From NCBI RefSeq assembly GCF_030538495.1, contig NZ_JAUNTW010000008.1, forward strand, positions 82,683-146,682: 64,000 nucleotides of DNA, written 5' to 3'. This DNA is from Paracoccus sp. (in: a-proteobacteria) (GTDB taxonomy: Bacteria > Pseudomonadota > Alphaproteobacteria > Rhodobacterales > Rhodobacteraceae). The position numbers and the translations under genes are program-made. This document shows positions 1 through 10,130 of this stretch, piece by piece. The notes under the pieces are model-generated. The model had not been told where the DNA came from. It ran no database searches and worked only from the letters and a program-made list of their open reading frames with translations. Position 1 is the stretch's first letter; every line of letters starts with the position of its first letter.

Positions 1-1
1 C

Positions 2-1141
<1,140 letters not shown>

Positions 1142-1144
1142 TTC

Positions 1145-2161
1145 ATGGCACGCATGACAATGATCGAGGCCATCCGCGACGCGCATGACGTTGCTATGGC
1201 CGCTGATGACCGTGTGGTCGTTTACGGCGAAGATGTGGGGTATTTCGGGGGCGTGTTCCGCTGCACCGCGGGCCTGCAACAGAAATACGGCACCAGCCGG
1301 TGCTTCGACGCGCCGATTTCGGAATTGGGGATCGTGGGGGCTGCGGTCGGCATGGCCGCCTATGGCCTGCGTCCTGTGGTCGAAATTCAGTTCGCGGATT
1401 ATATGTATCCTGCCTATGACCAGATGGTGTCCGAAGCGGCGCGCCTGCGTCACCGCTCGGCTGGCGAATTTACCTGTCCGCTGGTCATCCGTATGCCCAC
1501 GGGCGGCGGGATTTTCGGCGCGAACACGCACAGCCAATCGCCCGAGGCGCTGTTTACCCATGTCGCCGGTCTGAAAACCGTTGTTCCGTCGAACCCCTAT
1601 GACGCCAAAGGGTTGCTGCTGGCCGCGATTGCGGACCCGGATCCGGTGGTCATTCTGGAACCCAAGCGGATCTATAACGGCCCGTTTGACGGCCATCACG
1701 ACAAACCCGTTGTGCCGTGGAAAAAGCACGATCTGGGCGACGTCCCCGAAGGGCATTATACCGTGCCGCTGGGCAAGGCCGCGATCCGTCGTTCTGGTGA
1801 TGCGGTCACGATCCTGACCTATGGCACCATGGTTCACGTCGCCCTGACCGCCGCCGAAGAATCCGGCGTCGATGCCGAGGTGATCGACCTGCGCACGCTG
1901 CTGCCGCTGGACATGGAAACCATTGCGGAATCGGTCAAGAAAACCGGCCGCTGCATGGTTTTGCACGAAGCGACGCTGACGTCGGGCTTTGGTGCGGAAC
2001 TGGCGGCGCTGGTTCAGGCCGAATGTTTCTATCACCTCGAAGCGCCGGTGCGTCGTGTGGCGGGCTGGGACACGCCCTATCCGCATGTGCATGAATGGCA
2101 ATATTTCCCCGGCCCCGCCCGTGTGGGTGCCGCATTGCAAGAACTGGTCCAGGAGGTCTAA
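1145..2161 (+). CDS. bkdA2: Branched-chain keto acid dehydrogenase E1 beta subunit
   Basis: 338 aa with typical transketolase-like beta-subunit motifs (VVVYGEDVG, FDAPISE, ILEPKRIY). It sits 3 nt after bkdA1. Confidence 0.92.
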   Translation: MARMTMIEAIRDAHDVAMAADDRVVVYGEDVGYFGGVFRCTAGLQQKYGTSRCFDAPISELGIVGAAVGMAAYGLRPVVEIQFADYMYPAYDQMVSEAARLRHRSAGEFTCPLVIRMPTGGGIFGANTHSQSPEALFTHVAGLKTVVPSNPYDAKGLLLAAIADPDPVVILEPKRIYNGPFDGHHDKPVVPWKKHDLGDVPEGHYTVPLGKAAIRRSGDAVTILTYGTMVHVALTAAEESGVDAEVIDLRTLLPLDMETIAESVKKTGRCMVLHEATLTSGFGAELAALVQAECFYHLEAPVRRVAGWDTPYPHVHEWQYFPGPARVGAALQELVQEV

Positions 2162-2164
2162 GCC

Positions 2165-3841
2165 ATGGGTGAATATCTGATCCGTATGCCCGACATTGGC
2201 GAAGGCATCGCCGAGGCTGAAATCGCCGAATGGCTGGTCGCCGTGGGCGACAGCGTGACCGAAGATCAGCCGATCTGCGCGGTCATGACCGACAAAGCCA
2301 CCGTTGAAATCCCCTGCGCCGTGTCCGGCAAGGTCATCTGGCAGGGCGGTGCGGCGGGCGATACGCTGGCCGTGGGCGCCGCGCTGATCCGGTTAGAGGT
2401 CGCGGGCGAAGGCAATGTCGCGCCGGGGCAGGGGCTGGACGCCGTGGATGACGCAACCACCGATGACAGCCCGCAGCCGTCGCCGGAACCCGTGGGTCAG
2501 GCTCCGGTCCCGGCGGATGCGACCCCTGCCGATGGCGCGCCTGTTGCGGCGGATGGCAAAGGAACATGGGTCACGAAAATGCCCGACATCGGCGAAGGCA
2601 TCGCCGAGGCGGAAATCGCCGAATGGCTGGTTGCCGTGGGTGACGTGATCGAAAAAGACACGCCGATCTGCGCCGTGATGACCGACAAAGCGACGGTCGA
2701 AATCCCGTCGCAAGTGTCGGGTAAGGTTCTGCATCTGGGCGGCGGCGTGGGCGACACGCTGTCGGTTGGCTCCGAACTGATCCGGTTGGAAATCGACGGC
2801 GCGGGCAACCTGTCCAGCAGCGCCGCCGCGAAACCCGCAGCCGCCCCCGCAGCCGCTGCACCGGCCCCCAAAGCCGCAGCACCTGCGCCGAAGCCCGCCG
2901 CGGCGGCCCCGGCAGCCAAGCCCGCCGCCAAACCCGCCGCGCCCCGCGCCGCCGGTCGCCTGCGCCCCGAAGGGGAAAAGCCGCTGGCCTCGCCTTCGGT
3001 CCGCAACCGCGCGCGCGAAGCCGGGATTGACCTGCGTTTCGTTCGCGGCACGGGTCCGGCTGACCGGATCACGCATGACGATCTGGACGCGTGGATCGCA
3101 TCGGGTGGCCCGATTCCGGGCGGCGCATCCGGTCCCGCCAAACGCGACGACATCGAAGAAACCCGCGTCATCGGTCTGCGCCGCAAAATCGCGGAACGGA
3201 TGCAGGCCGCGAAACGCCACATCCCGCACATCACCATCGTCGAGGAAGTGGACGTCACCGCGCTTGAGGACCTGCGCCAGCAGCTCAACACCGACAAATC
3301 GCGCACGAAACTGACGATCCTGCCGTTCCTGATGAAAGCGATGGTCAAGGCCGTGGCCGAACAGCCCGCCCTGAACGCGCATTTTGATGACGAAGCGGGC
3401 GTCATGCGCCGCTTTGGCGGGGTGCATATCGGCATCGCCACGCAGACGCCCACCGGCCTGATGGTCCCGGTCGTCCGCCACGCCGAAACCATGACCCTGT
3501 GGGACGCCGCGACCGAGGTTGCGCGCGTGGCGCAGGCCGCGCGTGACGGCACCGCGACGCGTGACGAATTGTCGGGCTCGACGATTTCCATCACCTCGCT
3601 GGGGGCTTTGGGCGCGATCTCGACCACGCCGATCATCAACCGCCCCGAAGTGGCGATTGTCGGTGTGAACAAAATGATGACCCGCCCGATGTGGGACGGT
3701 CAGGGCTTTGTCCCGCGCAAGGTGATGAACCTGTCCAACAGCTTTGATCACCGCGTGATCGACGGCTGGGACGCGGCGGTGTTCGTGGCCCGTATCAAAC
3801 AACTGCTGGAAACCCCGGCGCTGATTTTCGTGGAGGGCTGA
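2165..3841 (+). CDS. bkdB: Dihydrolipoamide branched-chain acyltransferase (E2). It has two tandem lipoyl domains, an Ala/Pro-rich linker, an E3-binding domain and a catalytic domain.
   Basis: There are two [16 protein letters not shown]...[13 protein letters not shown] lipoyl modules, each with the lipoyl-lysine motif TDKA. An E3-binding stretch ([14 protein letters not shown]) and a catalytic-site motif (DHRVIDG) follow. Confidence 0.9.
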   Translation: MGEYLIRMPDIGEGIAEAEIAEWLVAVGDSVTEDQPICAVMTDKATVEIPCAVSGKVIWQGGAAGDTLAVGAALIRLEVAGEGNVAPGQGLDAVDDATTDDSPQPSPEPVGQAPVPADATPADGAPVAADGKGTWVTKMPDIGEGIAEAEIAEWLVAVGDVIEKDTPICAVMTDKATVEIPSQVSGKVLHLGGGVGDTLSVGSELIRLEIDGAGNLSSSAAAKPAAAPAAAAPAPKAAAPAPKPAAAAPAAKPAAKPAAPRAAGRLRPEGEKPLASPSVRNRAREAGIDLRFVRGTGPADRITHDDLDAWIASGGPIPGGASGPAKRDDIEETRVIGLRRKIAERMQAAKRHIPHITIVEEVDVTALEDLRQQLNTDKSRTKLTILPFLMKAMVKAVAEQPALNAHFDDEAGVMRRFGGVHIGIATQTPTGLMVPVVRHAETMTLWDAATEVARVAQAARDGTATRDELSGSTISITSLGALGAISTTPIINRPEVAIVGVNKMMTRPMWDGQGFVPRKVMNLSNSFDHRVIDGWDAAVFVARIKQLLETPALIFVEG

Positions 3842-3842
3842 T

Positions 3843-5228
3843 ATGTCCGAACTTTCCTGCAAATTGCTGGTGATCGGCGCGGGTCCGGGCGGCTATGTCT
3901 GCGCGATCCGGGCGGGGCAACTGGGCGTTGATACGATCATCGTGGACAGTCAGGCCCCCGGCGGCACCTGTCTGAATGTCGGCTGTATCCCGTCCAAGGC
4001 GATGATCCACGCCGCCGACGAATTCCACAAACTGACCGCATTCGCGGATGGCGGCCATATCGGCATCAGCGCGGCGAATCCGTCGGTTGATCTGGCGAAA
4101 ACCGTGGCGTGGAAAGACACCATCGTCACCCGCCTGAACAACGGCGTGTCGGCCTTGCTGAAAAAGGCCAAGGCGCGTCTGGTGGTGGGTTCAGCCCGGT
4201 TTGTCGATGGCAAAACCGTGGTTGTGGCAACCGATGCGGGCGATGTGACCATCCGCGCGGAAAACGTCGTGATTGCAACGGGTTCGGACCCGGTGGAACT
4301 GCCGTTCCTGCCGTTCGGTGGCGATGTGATTTCGTCCACCGGCGCGCTGTCGCTGGACGCGGTGCCGGGGCGGCTGGCCGTTGTCGGCGGCGGCTATATC
4401 GGGTTGGAGCTGGGCATCGCGCTGCGCAAGCTGGGTGCCGATGTGACCGTGGTCGAGGCTGGCCCCCGCATCCTGCCGCAATATGACGCCGATCTGACCA
4501 AACCCGTCGCCAACCGTCTGAAAGAACTGGGTATCCGCGTTCTGACCGGTGCCAAGGCGCAGGGTCTGGCCGATGATGGCGCGCTGCGCGTGCTGGTGGG
4601 GGACACCGAAGAAACCATCCCCGCCGATAAGGTTCTGGTGACCGTGGGCCGTCGTCCGCGCACCGGCGCGGGCATCCCGGAACTGCAATTGCCGATGGAT
4701 GGCCCGTTCATCCGCATCGACGACCGTTGCCGCACCGGGATGAAGGGCGTTTACGCCATCGGTGACGTGACCGGCGAACCCATGCTGGCGCACCGTGCCA
4801 TGGCGCAGGGCGAAATGGTCGCGGAAATCATCGCGGGCCATGACCGCGACTGGGACAAACGCTGTATCCCCGCCGTGTGCTTTACCGACCCTGAAATCGT
4901 GTCGGTCGGCCAGTCCCCGGACGAGGCCAAGGCCGCAGGCATCGACGCCATCACCGGCGTATTCCCCTTCATGGCGAATGGCCGCGCCATGACCATGGAA
5001 AACGAAGCTGGTTTCGTCCGCGTTGTCGCACGCGCCGATAATCACCTGATCCTGGGCGTTCAGGCGGTTGGCGGCGGTGTGTCGGAACTGTCGGCGGCGT
5101 TTGCTCTGGCCATCGAAAACGGGCTGCGGATCGAAGACGTTACCGGAACGATCCACGCCCACCCCACCCAATCCGAGGCGTTCCACGAAGCCTGTCTTCG
5201 TGCGCTTGGCCATTCCCTGCATATCTAA
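3843..5228 (+). CDS. lpdV: Dihydrolipoyl dehydrogenase (E3)
   Basis: FAD-binding motif GAGPGGYV, redox-active disulfide motif [13 protein letters not shown] and C-terminal HAHPT. Its ATG is 1 nt after the bkdB stop. Confidence 0.93.
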   Translation: MSELSCKLLVIGAGPGGYVCAIRAGQLGVDTIIVDSQAPGGTCLNVGCIPSKAMIHAADEFHKLTAFADGGHIGISAANPSVDLAKTVAWKDTIVTRLNNGVSALLKKAKARLVVGSARFVDGKTVVVATDAGDVTIRAENVVIATGSDPVELPFLPFGGDVISSTGALSLDAVPGRLAVVGGGYIGLELGIALRKLGADVTVVEAGPRILPQYDADLTKPVANRLKELGIRVLTGAKAQGLADDGALRVLVGDTEETIPADKVLVTVGRRPRTGAGIPELQLPMDGPFIRIDDRCRTGMKGVYAIGDVTGEPMLAHRAMAQGEMVAEIIAGHDRDWDKRCIPAVCFTDPEIVSVGQSPDEAKAAGIDAITGVFPFMANGRAMTMENEAGFVRVVARADNHLILGVQAVGGGVSELSAAFALAIENGLRIEDVTGTIHAHPTQSEAFHEACLRALGHSLHI

Positions 5229-5238
5229 GGACATCCCC

Positions 5239-6273
5239 ATGCAGCTTTTCACTCATCAGGACTTTGCCGGTCACGAACTGGTCACCTTTGCCTGCGACGA
5301 AGAAACCGGCCTGCGCGCCATCATCGCGGTTCATTCAACCAAGCGTGGTCCGGCGGCGGGCGGTTGCCGCATGTGGCGTTACGAAACCGAGGCTGACGCC
5401 CTGCGCGATGCGCTGCGTCTGTCGCGCGGCATGTCGCTGAAAAACGCGGTTGCCGGTCTGGATCTGGGCGGCGGCAAGGCCGTGATCATGCTGGCCCCCG
5501 GTCAGACGAAAACCCCCGAACTGATGCGCGCCTTTGGCCGTGCGGTGGAACGTCTGAACGGTCTGTATATCACCGCCGAAGATGTGGGCGTTTCGACCGC
5601 CGATATGGAAGAAGTCGCGACCCAAACCAAACATGTGGCCGGTCTGGCCAGCGGCGAATTCGCCAGCGGCGATCCGTCGCCGGTGACCGCGCGCGGCGTG
5701 TTTGAATCCATCCAGATCGGTGCCGACGTTGTTCTGGGCCGCAAGGATCTGAACGGTCTGGTCGTCGCCGTGCAGGGTCTGGGCCATGTCGGTTACTACC
5801 TGTGCCAGATGCTGCATGATGCGGGCGCGAAACTGATCGTCACCGACATTAACGAAGAACGCTGCGCCCAAGCCGCTGCCGATTTCGGGGCCGAGGTTGC
5901 CAGCGTCGCCGGTTTCCACGCCGTTGAATGTGACGTTTACGCCCCCTGCGCGCTGGGCGGCATTTTGTCGGAACGCACGATCCCGGAAATCACCGCGAAA
6001 CTGATCGCCGGTGCGGCCAACAATCAGTTGGAAACCGAAGCCGACGCCGAACGTCTGGAACGTCAGGGCATCGCCTATATGCCGGATTTTCTGATCAATG
6101 CGGGCGGCATCAGCAACGTGGCGGCCGAAATCGGCGGCAAACCGGCGGCCGAATTTGTGGAAGGCTGGTTCCCCGGTTTCCGCGAACAGGTCCGCAATGT
6201 GATGACCCGCGCGGCTGAGGAAAACGTCTCGCCCCACGTGATCGCGGTGCAAATCGCGCAGGAACGCCTGTAA
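5239..6273 (+). CDS. Leucine dehydrogenase (Glu/Leu/Phe/Val dehydrogenase family)
   Basis: MQLFTHQDFAGHELVTF...GGCRMW...LDLGGGKAV matches the Leu/Val dehydrogenase N-terminal and catalytic motifs. There is a Rossmann motif GLGHVG. The start was chosen at the ATG with an RBS-like upstream sequence. The longer 5068 ORF would overlap lpdV. Confidence 0.85.
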   Translation: MQLFTHQDFAGHELVTFACDEETGLRAIIAVHSTKRGPAAGGCRMWRYETEADALRDALRLSRGMSLKNAVAGLDLGGGKAVIMLAPGQTKTPELMRAFGRAVERLNGLYITAEDVGVSTADMEEVATQTKHVAGLASGEFASGDPSPVTARGVFESIQIGADVVLGRKDLNGLVVAVQGLGHVGYYLCQMLHDAGAKLIVTDINEERCAQAAADFGAEVASVAGFHAVECDVYAPCALGGILSERTIPEITAKLIAGAANNQLETEADAERLERQGIAYMPDFLINAGGISNVAAEIGGKPAAEFVEGWFPGFREQVRNVMTRAAEENVSPHVIAVQIAQERL

Positions 6274-6280
6274 TCAGAAC

Positions 6281-6312
6281 GGGGCGGGGATTTTCCCCGC
6301 CCCTTTCGTTTT
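6281..6312. terminator. Bidirectional intrinsic terminator between ldh (+) and panB (-)
   Basis: GGGGCGGGG-ATTTT-CCCCGCCCC is a perfect 9-bp GC stem. TTTCGTTTT follows on the + strand and an A-run precedes it. Confidence 0.7.
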
Positions 6313-7120
6313 ACCGATAGACCTGTGCGTCGGTCGGGAAACTGCGGTCGCGCACCGCTGCCGCGTAATCCGCAATCGCCTGTTCCGCGCGCGGCCCCAG
6401 ATCGCCGAATTTCTGCACGAAACGCGGCACCCGCCCCGACAGGCCCAGCATATCATCCAGCACCAAAACCTGACCATCGCAGCGCGCCGATGCGCCAATG
6501 CCGATGGTCGGCACGGTGACGGCGGCGGTGATCTGGTCGGCCAAGCCCTCCATCACGCCTTCAACCACGATGGAAAACGCGCCGGCATTGGCAACGTCCA
6601 CGGCGTCTTGAACATGCGCGGGCCAGGTCGCCTGATCGCGCCCCTGCGTTTTGAACCCGCCCATGGTGTGCGTGGCCTGCGGGGTCAGCCCGACATGGCC
6701 CATCACCGGGATGCCGCGTTGGGTCAGAAACCGGATGGTGGGGGCCATGCGGGTGCCGCCTTCGAGCTTTACGGCGGCGCAGCCGACTTCGGACATGATG
6801 CGGGCGGCGTTGCGGAATGCCTGTTCCGGGCTTTCTTCATAGCTGCCGAACGGCATATCGACCACGACCATGGCCCGCGACGATCCGCGCATCACGGCCT
6901 GACCGTGCAGGATCATCATATCGATCGTGACGCCGACGGTGGATGACAGGCCGTGAATGACCATGCCCAGACTGTCACCGACCAGAATCACATCGGCATG
7001 ATCATCGACCATGGCGGCCAGAGGCGCGGTGTATGCGGTCAGCACGACCACCGGCGTATCGCCTTTGCGCGCGGCGATTTGGGGGACGGTCACACGTTTC
7101 ACAGGGGCTTGGGCGGACAT
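6311..7120 (-). CDS. panB: 3-methyl-2-oxobutanoate hydroxymethyltransferase
   Basis: 269 aa with characteristic PanB motifs ([35 protein letters not shown]). Confidence 0.92.
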   Translation of the reverse strand: MSAQAPVKRVTVPQIAARKGDTPVVVLTAYTAPLAAMVDDHADVILVGDSLGMVIHGLSSTVGVTIDMMILHGQAVMRGSSRAMVVVDMPFGSYEESPEQAFRNAARIMSEVGCAAVKLEGGTRMAPTIRFLTQRGIPVMGHVGLTPQATHTMGGFKTQGRDQATWPAHVQDAVDVANAGAFSIVVEGVMEGLADQITAAVTVPTIGIGASARCDGQVLVLDDMLGLSGRVPRFVQKFGDLGPRAEQAIADYAAAVRDRSFPTDAQVYR

Positions 7121-7129
7121 GATGCCTCC

Positions 7130-7981
7130 TTAAGGTTGGGCGGTGCGTTGGTCGATCAGCAGCACATCGCCAAAGCGAACGGCCAGCAAAATCACGACCG
7201 GGCGCGTGATGGTGGTGACCGGCGACAAATCGCCCGCGTCGCGAATGTCGATGGATCGCACATCGGCGCGGGGTTCCGCGCGCAAAATACGGCGAATCGC
7301 GGCGCGCAGGGCGGGCAGGGTGGTGCCATCCGCAACCTGCCGTTCTGCCGCGTCCAAGGCGCGCGACAGCACCGGCGCGGCAGCGCGGTCATCGGGCGTC
7401 AGGCGGCGGTTGCGTGACGACATGGCCAGCCCGTCGGCTTCGCGCTGCGTCGGCACGCCGATGATCTGGACGGGCATGTCCAGATCGGCAACCATCTGAC
7501 GGATCAGGGTTAATTGCTGATAATCCTTTTCGCCGAACACCGCCGCATCGGGCTGCACGATGTTGAACAGTTTGGTCACCACGGTGGCCACGCCGCGAAA
7601 ATGGCCGGGGCGCAGCCGACCAATCAGCATCCGCGACAGGCGCGTGGTATCGACAAAGGTCTGCGCGCCGTCGCGGTAAATATCGGACACGCCGGGCAAA
7701 AACACCGCGTCACAGCCCGCATCGCGCAACTGGCGCAGGTCGTTGTCTTCGTCGCGGGGATAGGCGTCCAAATCTTCGTTCGGGCCAAACTGCGTCGGGT
7801 TCACAAAGATTGACGTGATCACCCGCCCGCCGCCCTGCTGTTCGACCCAAGCGCGGGCCTGCGCAACCAGTGCCATATGCCCGTCATGCAGCGCGCCCAT
7901 CGTCGGGACAAAGGCCACCGGCACACCGCGCCATTCGGCACGGGTCGTGCGGATTTCATCTTTGCTGCGGCAGATCTGCAT
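7130..7981 (-). CDS. panC: Pantoate--beta-alanine ligase
   Basis: PTMGALHDGH and VSIFVNPTQF motifs. I preferred the ATG at 7981 (MQICRS...) over the GTG at 8002 used by the ORF track. Confidence 0.88.
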   Translation of the reverse strand: MQICRSKDEIRTTRAEWRGVPVAFVPTMGALHDGHMALVAQARAWVEQQGGGRVITSIFVNPTQFGPNEDLDAYPRDEDNDLRQLRDAGCDAVFLPGVSDIYRDGAQTFVDTTRLSRMLIGRLRPGHFRGVATVVTKLFNIVQPDAAVFGEKDYQQLTLIRQMVADLDMPVQIIGVPTQREADGLAMSSRNRRLTPDDRAAAPVLSRALDAAERQVADGTTLPALRAAIRRILRAEPRADVRSIDIRDAGDLSPVTTITRPVVILLAVRFGDVLLIDQRTAQP

Positions 7982-8045
7982 GACACAACCCCTGAACGTC
8001 ACGTGCCCCCCAATTCCCGAGGCACAGGCACCGCCTTTATCAGGA

Positions 8046-8627
8046 TCAGGTCGGTTCCGTCAAATTCAGCGATGGAATCAGCGTGGTCAGCAAATCAACC
8101 ATGTTGATCGCCTGAAACGGCGCACTGGACGGGCGCGGCTGGCCCAGACGCAAACTGACATAGCCATGCGTCATCGCCCAAACGGCCAACTCACCCCGCG
8201 CGGCGTCGGCATCGCCCAGCAGCGGCCGCACCACCTCGCGCAGGGCCAGATATGTTTTGACCGCAGATTCGCGGACTTTGGGGTCGCCTTTGTCCAGTTC
8301 GTCAAACATCACATGAAACAGCGCCTCATGTGATTCGGCAAAGCTGACATAGTTGCGTGTTCGGGTCAGAAACTGGTCTTTTGGCGACATGGACGGGTCA
8401 TGACCGCGCATCAGAGCATGAAAGAATTTTTCAAAACCACAAATTGCAATCGCCCGACGCAGCCCAGGAAGCCCGTCAAAGTGGTGTGCGGGCGCCGCAT
8501 GGGACACGCCGGCCTGCGCGGCAATTCGCCGAAGCGTCAGATTTTGTACGCCTTCTTGATCCAAGATGCGCAACCCTACGGCGATCAGGCGATCTTTAAG
8601 ACTCTCTGGTGCGCAGGATTTTGGCAT
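8046..8627 (-). CDS. TetR/AcrR-family transcriptional regulator
   Basis: N-terminal HTH (LTLRRIAAQAGVSHAAPAHHF) typical of TetR. It lies directly upstream of panC-panB on the same strand, with no terminator between. Confidence 0.8.
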   Translation of the reverse strand: MPKSCAPESLKDRLIAVGLRILDQEGVQNLTLRRIAAQAGVSHAAPAHHFDGLPGLRRAIAICGFEKFFHALMRGHDPSMSPKDQFLTRTRNYVSFAESHEALFHVMFDELDKGDPKVRESAVKTYLALREVVRPLLGDADAARGELAVWAMTHGYVSLRLGQPRPSSAPFQAINMVDLLTTLIPSLNLTEPT

Positions 8628-8860
8628 ATTTTTCCATATATTAGCGATTGACAGTGTCTGAAATTATCAACAAAACGCTTATGTTCGATGGTAATTTAAG
8701 ACGTCATGGTGGCGTTTGGTTTTTAGTTCGGGTCCGGCAGTGCCGGGCCTCTGCTCCGGTCGAATGTGCTGTTTTCCAACATTTTTACGTTATCGGCCGG
8801 GGCAGCCCTTTTGCTTTTATATATTCAAGTTTCCTTTTGAAACAAGCGCATATCGAAATT

Positions 8861-8895
8861 AAAAAAACCGGACTATAAAGCCCGGTTTTTTTTAA
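8861..8895 (-). terminator. Intrinsic terminator downstream of tRNA-Gly
   Basis: AAAAAAA-CCGG-loop-CCGG-TTTTTTTT. On the minus strand the short stem is followed by a T-run. The stem is weak, so it is possibly bidirectional. Confidence 0.5.
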
Positions 8896-8896
8896 T

Positions 8897-8971
8897 TGGA
8901 GCGGGCGATGAGATTCGAACTCACGACCCTAACCTTGGCAAGGTTATGCTCTACCCCTGAGCTACGCCCGC
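8897..8971 (-). tRNA. tRNA-Gly (anticodon GCC)
   Basis: The reverse complement reads GCGGGCGTAGCTCAGGGGTAGAGCATAACCTTGCCAAGGTTAGGGTCGTGAGTTCGAATCTCATCGCCCGCTCCA. The cloverleaf has anticodon loop CTTGCCAAG, a T-loop GTTCGAATC and an encoded CCA end. It is near-identical in architecture to E. coli tRNA-Gly(GCC). Confidence 0.93.
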
Positions 8972-9131
8972 ATCCGTTCCGTCTGGCTGTCTGCCTTCGG
9001 TGAAGCGGTGTTTACGGAAACCCCGCGCGCCCCGCAAGAGGGAAAATTACATTTCTGTCATTTTTTTCCTGCGCCCTTGTCCGGGCGGCGGATTTCGGGA
9101 TGATGAACCCCATGATTTATGGGGATATGCC

Positions 9132-9749
9132 GTGCAGGCCGTTGAACATCTGACCCATTTTACGCAGCGCGCCTTGGCCGATGGCCATGATCCGGCGCGT
9201 ATTCGCGCCGCGTTGCTGGATGCCGGCTGGACCGGACCCGAGGTGGACACCGCTCTGTCCGGCTGGCGCGTATCGCCCGATCTGCCGCCCGTTCCGGTGC
9301 CGCGCACCTATGTTTCGGCGCGCGAAGCCGCGATCTATGCGCTGTTGGTCGTCGCGCTGGCGATGGTCTGTTTCCATGTGGTCAGTCTGGGCTTTGCCGT
9401 GATTGACGCATGGGTGCCGGATGCGACCGAAACCGTCTGGCGTGGCGATTCGTCGATGCGGTTTTCGGTTGCGGCACTGGTTGCGTTTTTGCCGGTGTTT
9501 TTGTGGCTGGATCGCCGCATGGCCCGCCGCGCGGTCGAAGCGGAATCACGCCGTCATTCCCCGGCGCGGCGCAGCTTTGCGTCGCTGACGGTGTTTGTCG
9601 CGGCTTTGGTCCTGCTGGGCGATGTGGTTGCCGCGGTTTACGCGCTGTTAACCGGCGATCTGTCCGCGCGTTTTCTGGCCAAGGTGCTGCTGGTCGCCGT
9701 CACCGGCGCGCTGATCGTCGCCCTGTATCGTGAGGATTTGGATGGATAG
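9132..9749 (+). CDS. Hypothetical membrane protein: an N-terminal soluble domain followed by four predicted TM helices (DUF5671-like from memory)
   Basis: GC-rich codon usage and hydrophobic helices (IYALLVVALAMVCFHVV, VAALVAFLPVFLWL, etc.). The start is uncertain: GTG at 9132 after an SD-like GGGGA, versus the track's 9000. Confidence 0.55.
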   Translation: MQAVEHLTHFTQRALADGHDPARIRAALLDAGWTGPEVDTALSGWRVSPDLPPVPVPRTYVSAREAAIYALLVVALAMVCFHVVSLGFAVIDAWVPDATETVWRGDSSMRFSVAALVAFLPVFLWLDRRMARRAVEAESRRHSPARRSFASLTVFVAALVLLGDVVAAVYALLTGDLSARFLAKVLLVAVTGALIVALYREDLDG

Positions 9750-10125
9750 GCGGGGTCCTCTGATCGGGTTTTCGGCACTGGCCGTTGCGGTTTTGGTCGC
9801 GGGCGTGATCGTGACCGGCGGCCCCGCGCAGGGCCGGGCTGAAAAGCGCGATTCGGTCCGTTGGCGCGATGTGTCTGAAATTGCGACGCATATCGGCTGT
9901 CGTTCCAGCGATGCCGGGCGTCTGGTCACGGATTTAGCCGCGACGCCGACTTGCCCCTTTCCCCCGCGTGTGAACGATCCCTTCACCGACACACCTTACA
10001 CGGTGACGGCGCTGTCGGACGATTCGGTCAGCATCTGCGCGACGTTCGAAACCGAATCCCAATATCGCCGTGTGGACGGGCAGGGCTGTTATGTGGATCG
10101 GGTTTCGTGGCGGGCGGCTGATTAA
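9742..10125 (+). CDS. Hypothetical signal-anchored or exported protein with four Cys
   Basis: Its ATG overlaps the upstream stop (ATGGATAG), which suggests translational coupling. There is an N-terminal hydrophobic segment LIGFSALAVAVLVAGVIV. Confidence 0.55.
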   Translation: MDRRGPLIGFSALAVAVLVAGVIVTGGPAQGRAEKRDSVRWRDVSEIATHIGCRSSDAGRLVTDLAATPTCPFPPRVNDPFTDTPYTVTALSDDSVSICATFETESQYRRVDGQGCYVDRVSWRAAD

Positions 10126-10130
10126 CCGGG

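Noticed and set aside
2820-2950. Repetitive GCC/CCG-rich DNA (bkdB linker) and the PEPEPE/PQPQPQ-coding repeats at 60220-60490, considered as possible CRISPR, VNTR or repeat elements
   Set aside because: They are in-frame coding low-complexity tracts for Ala/Pro/Lys and Pro/Glu linkers. There is no spacer-repeat regularity, no cas genes and no leader.
2393-3862. Long antisense ORFs inside real genes. Examples: 2393-3862 minus (489 aa) in bkdB; 15233-16492 minus in pyc; 18996-20450 minus in nuoD; 26672-28012 minus in nuoH; 29297-31924 minus (875 aa) in nuoL; 31581-33200 minus in nuoM; 36181-38031 minus in rnj; 49578-50681 plus in fadA; 51169-53091 plus (640 aa) in the acyl-CoA dehydrogenase gene; 60777-62654 plus in nlpD/pcm.
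   Set aside because: They are typical artefacts of a 64 % GC genome, where stop codons are rare on the antisense strand. The translations are Arg/Gly/His/Asp/Gln-rich low-complexity sequences without motifs. Each is fully covered by a well-supported gene on the other strand.
5068-5238. N-terminal extension of the leucine dehydrogenase ORF (track start 5068)
   Set aside because: It overlaps the 3' end of lpdV in another frame and gives an Arg/Cys-rich non-protein-like peptide. The conserved leucine dehydrogenase N-terminus begins at MQLFTHQDF (5239).
8648-8878. 76-aa ORF in the AT-rich island next to tRNA-Gly
   Set aside because: Aberrant AT-rich codon usage, no RBS and a non-globular translation. 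It overlaps the tRNA terminator. It is more likely non-coding, either promoter or sRNA.
8897-8971. Possibility of an integrated genomic island or prophage at the tRNA-Gly 3' end
   Set aside because: No integrase, no direct repeat of the tRNA 3' end and no phage or IS genes were found in the flanks. Only the 270-bp AT-rich island was found, and it is reported separately.
9000-9131. GTG at 9000 as the start of the membrane protein
   Set aside because: It would encode a Lys/Arg-rich non-hydrophobic leader through an AT-rich promoter-like tract. GTG at 9132 with an upstream GGGGA is the more plausible start, though still uncertain.
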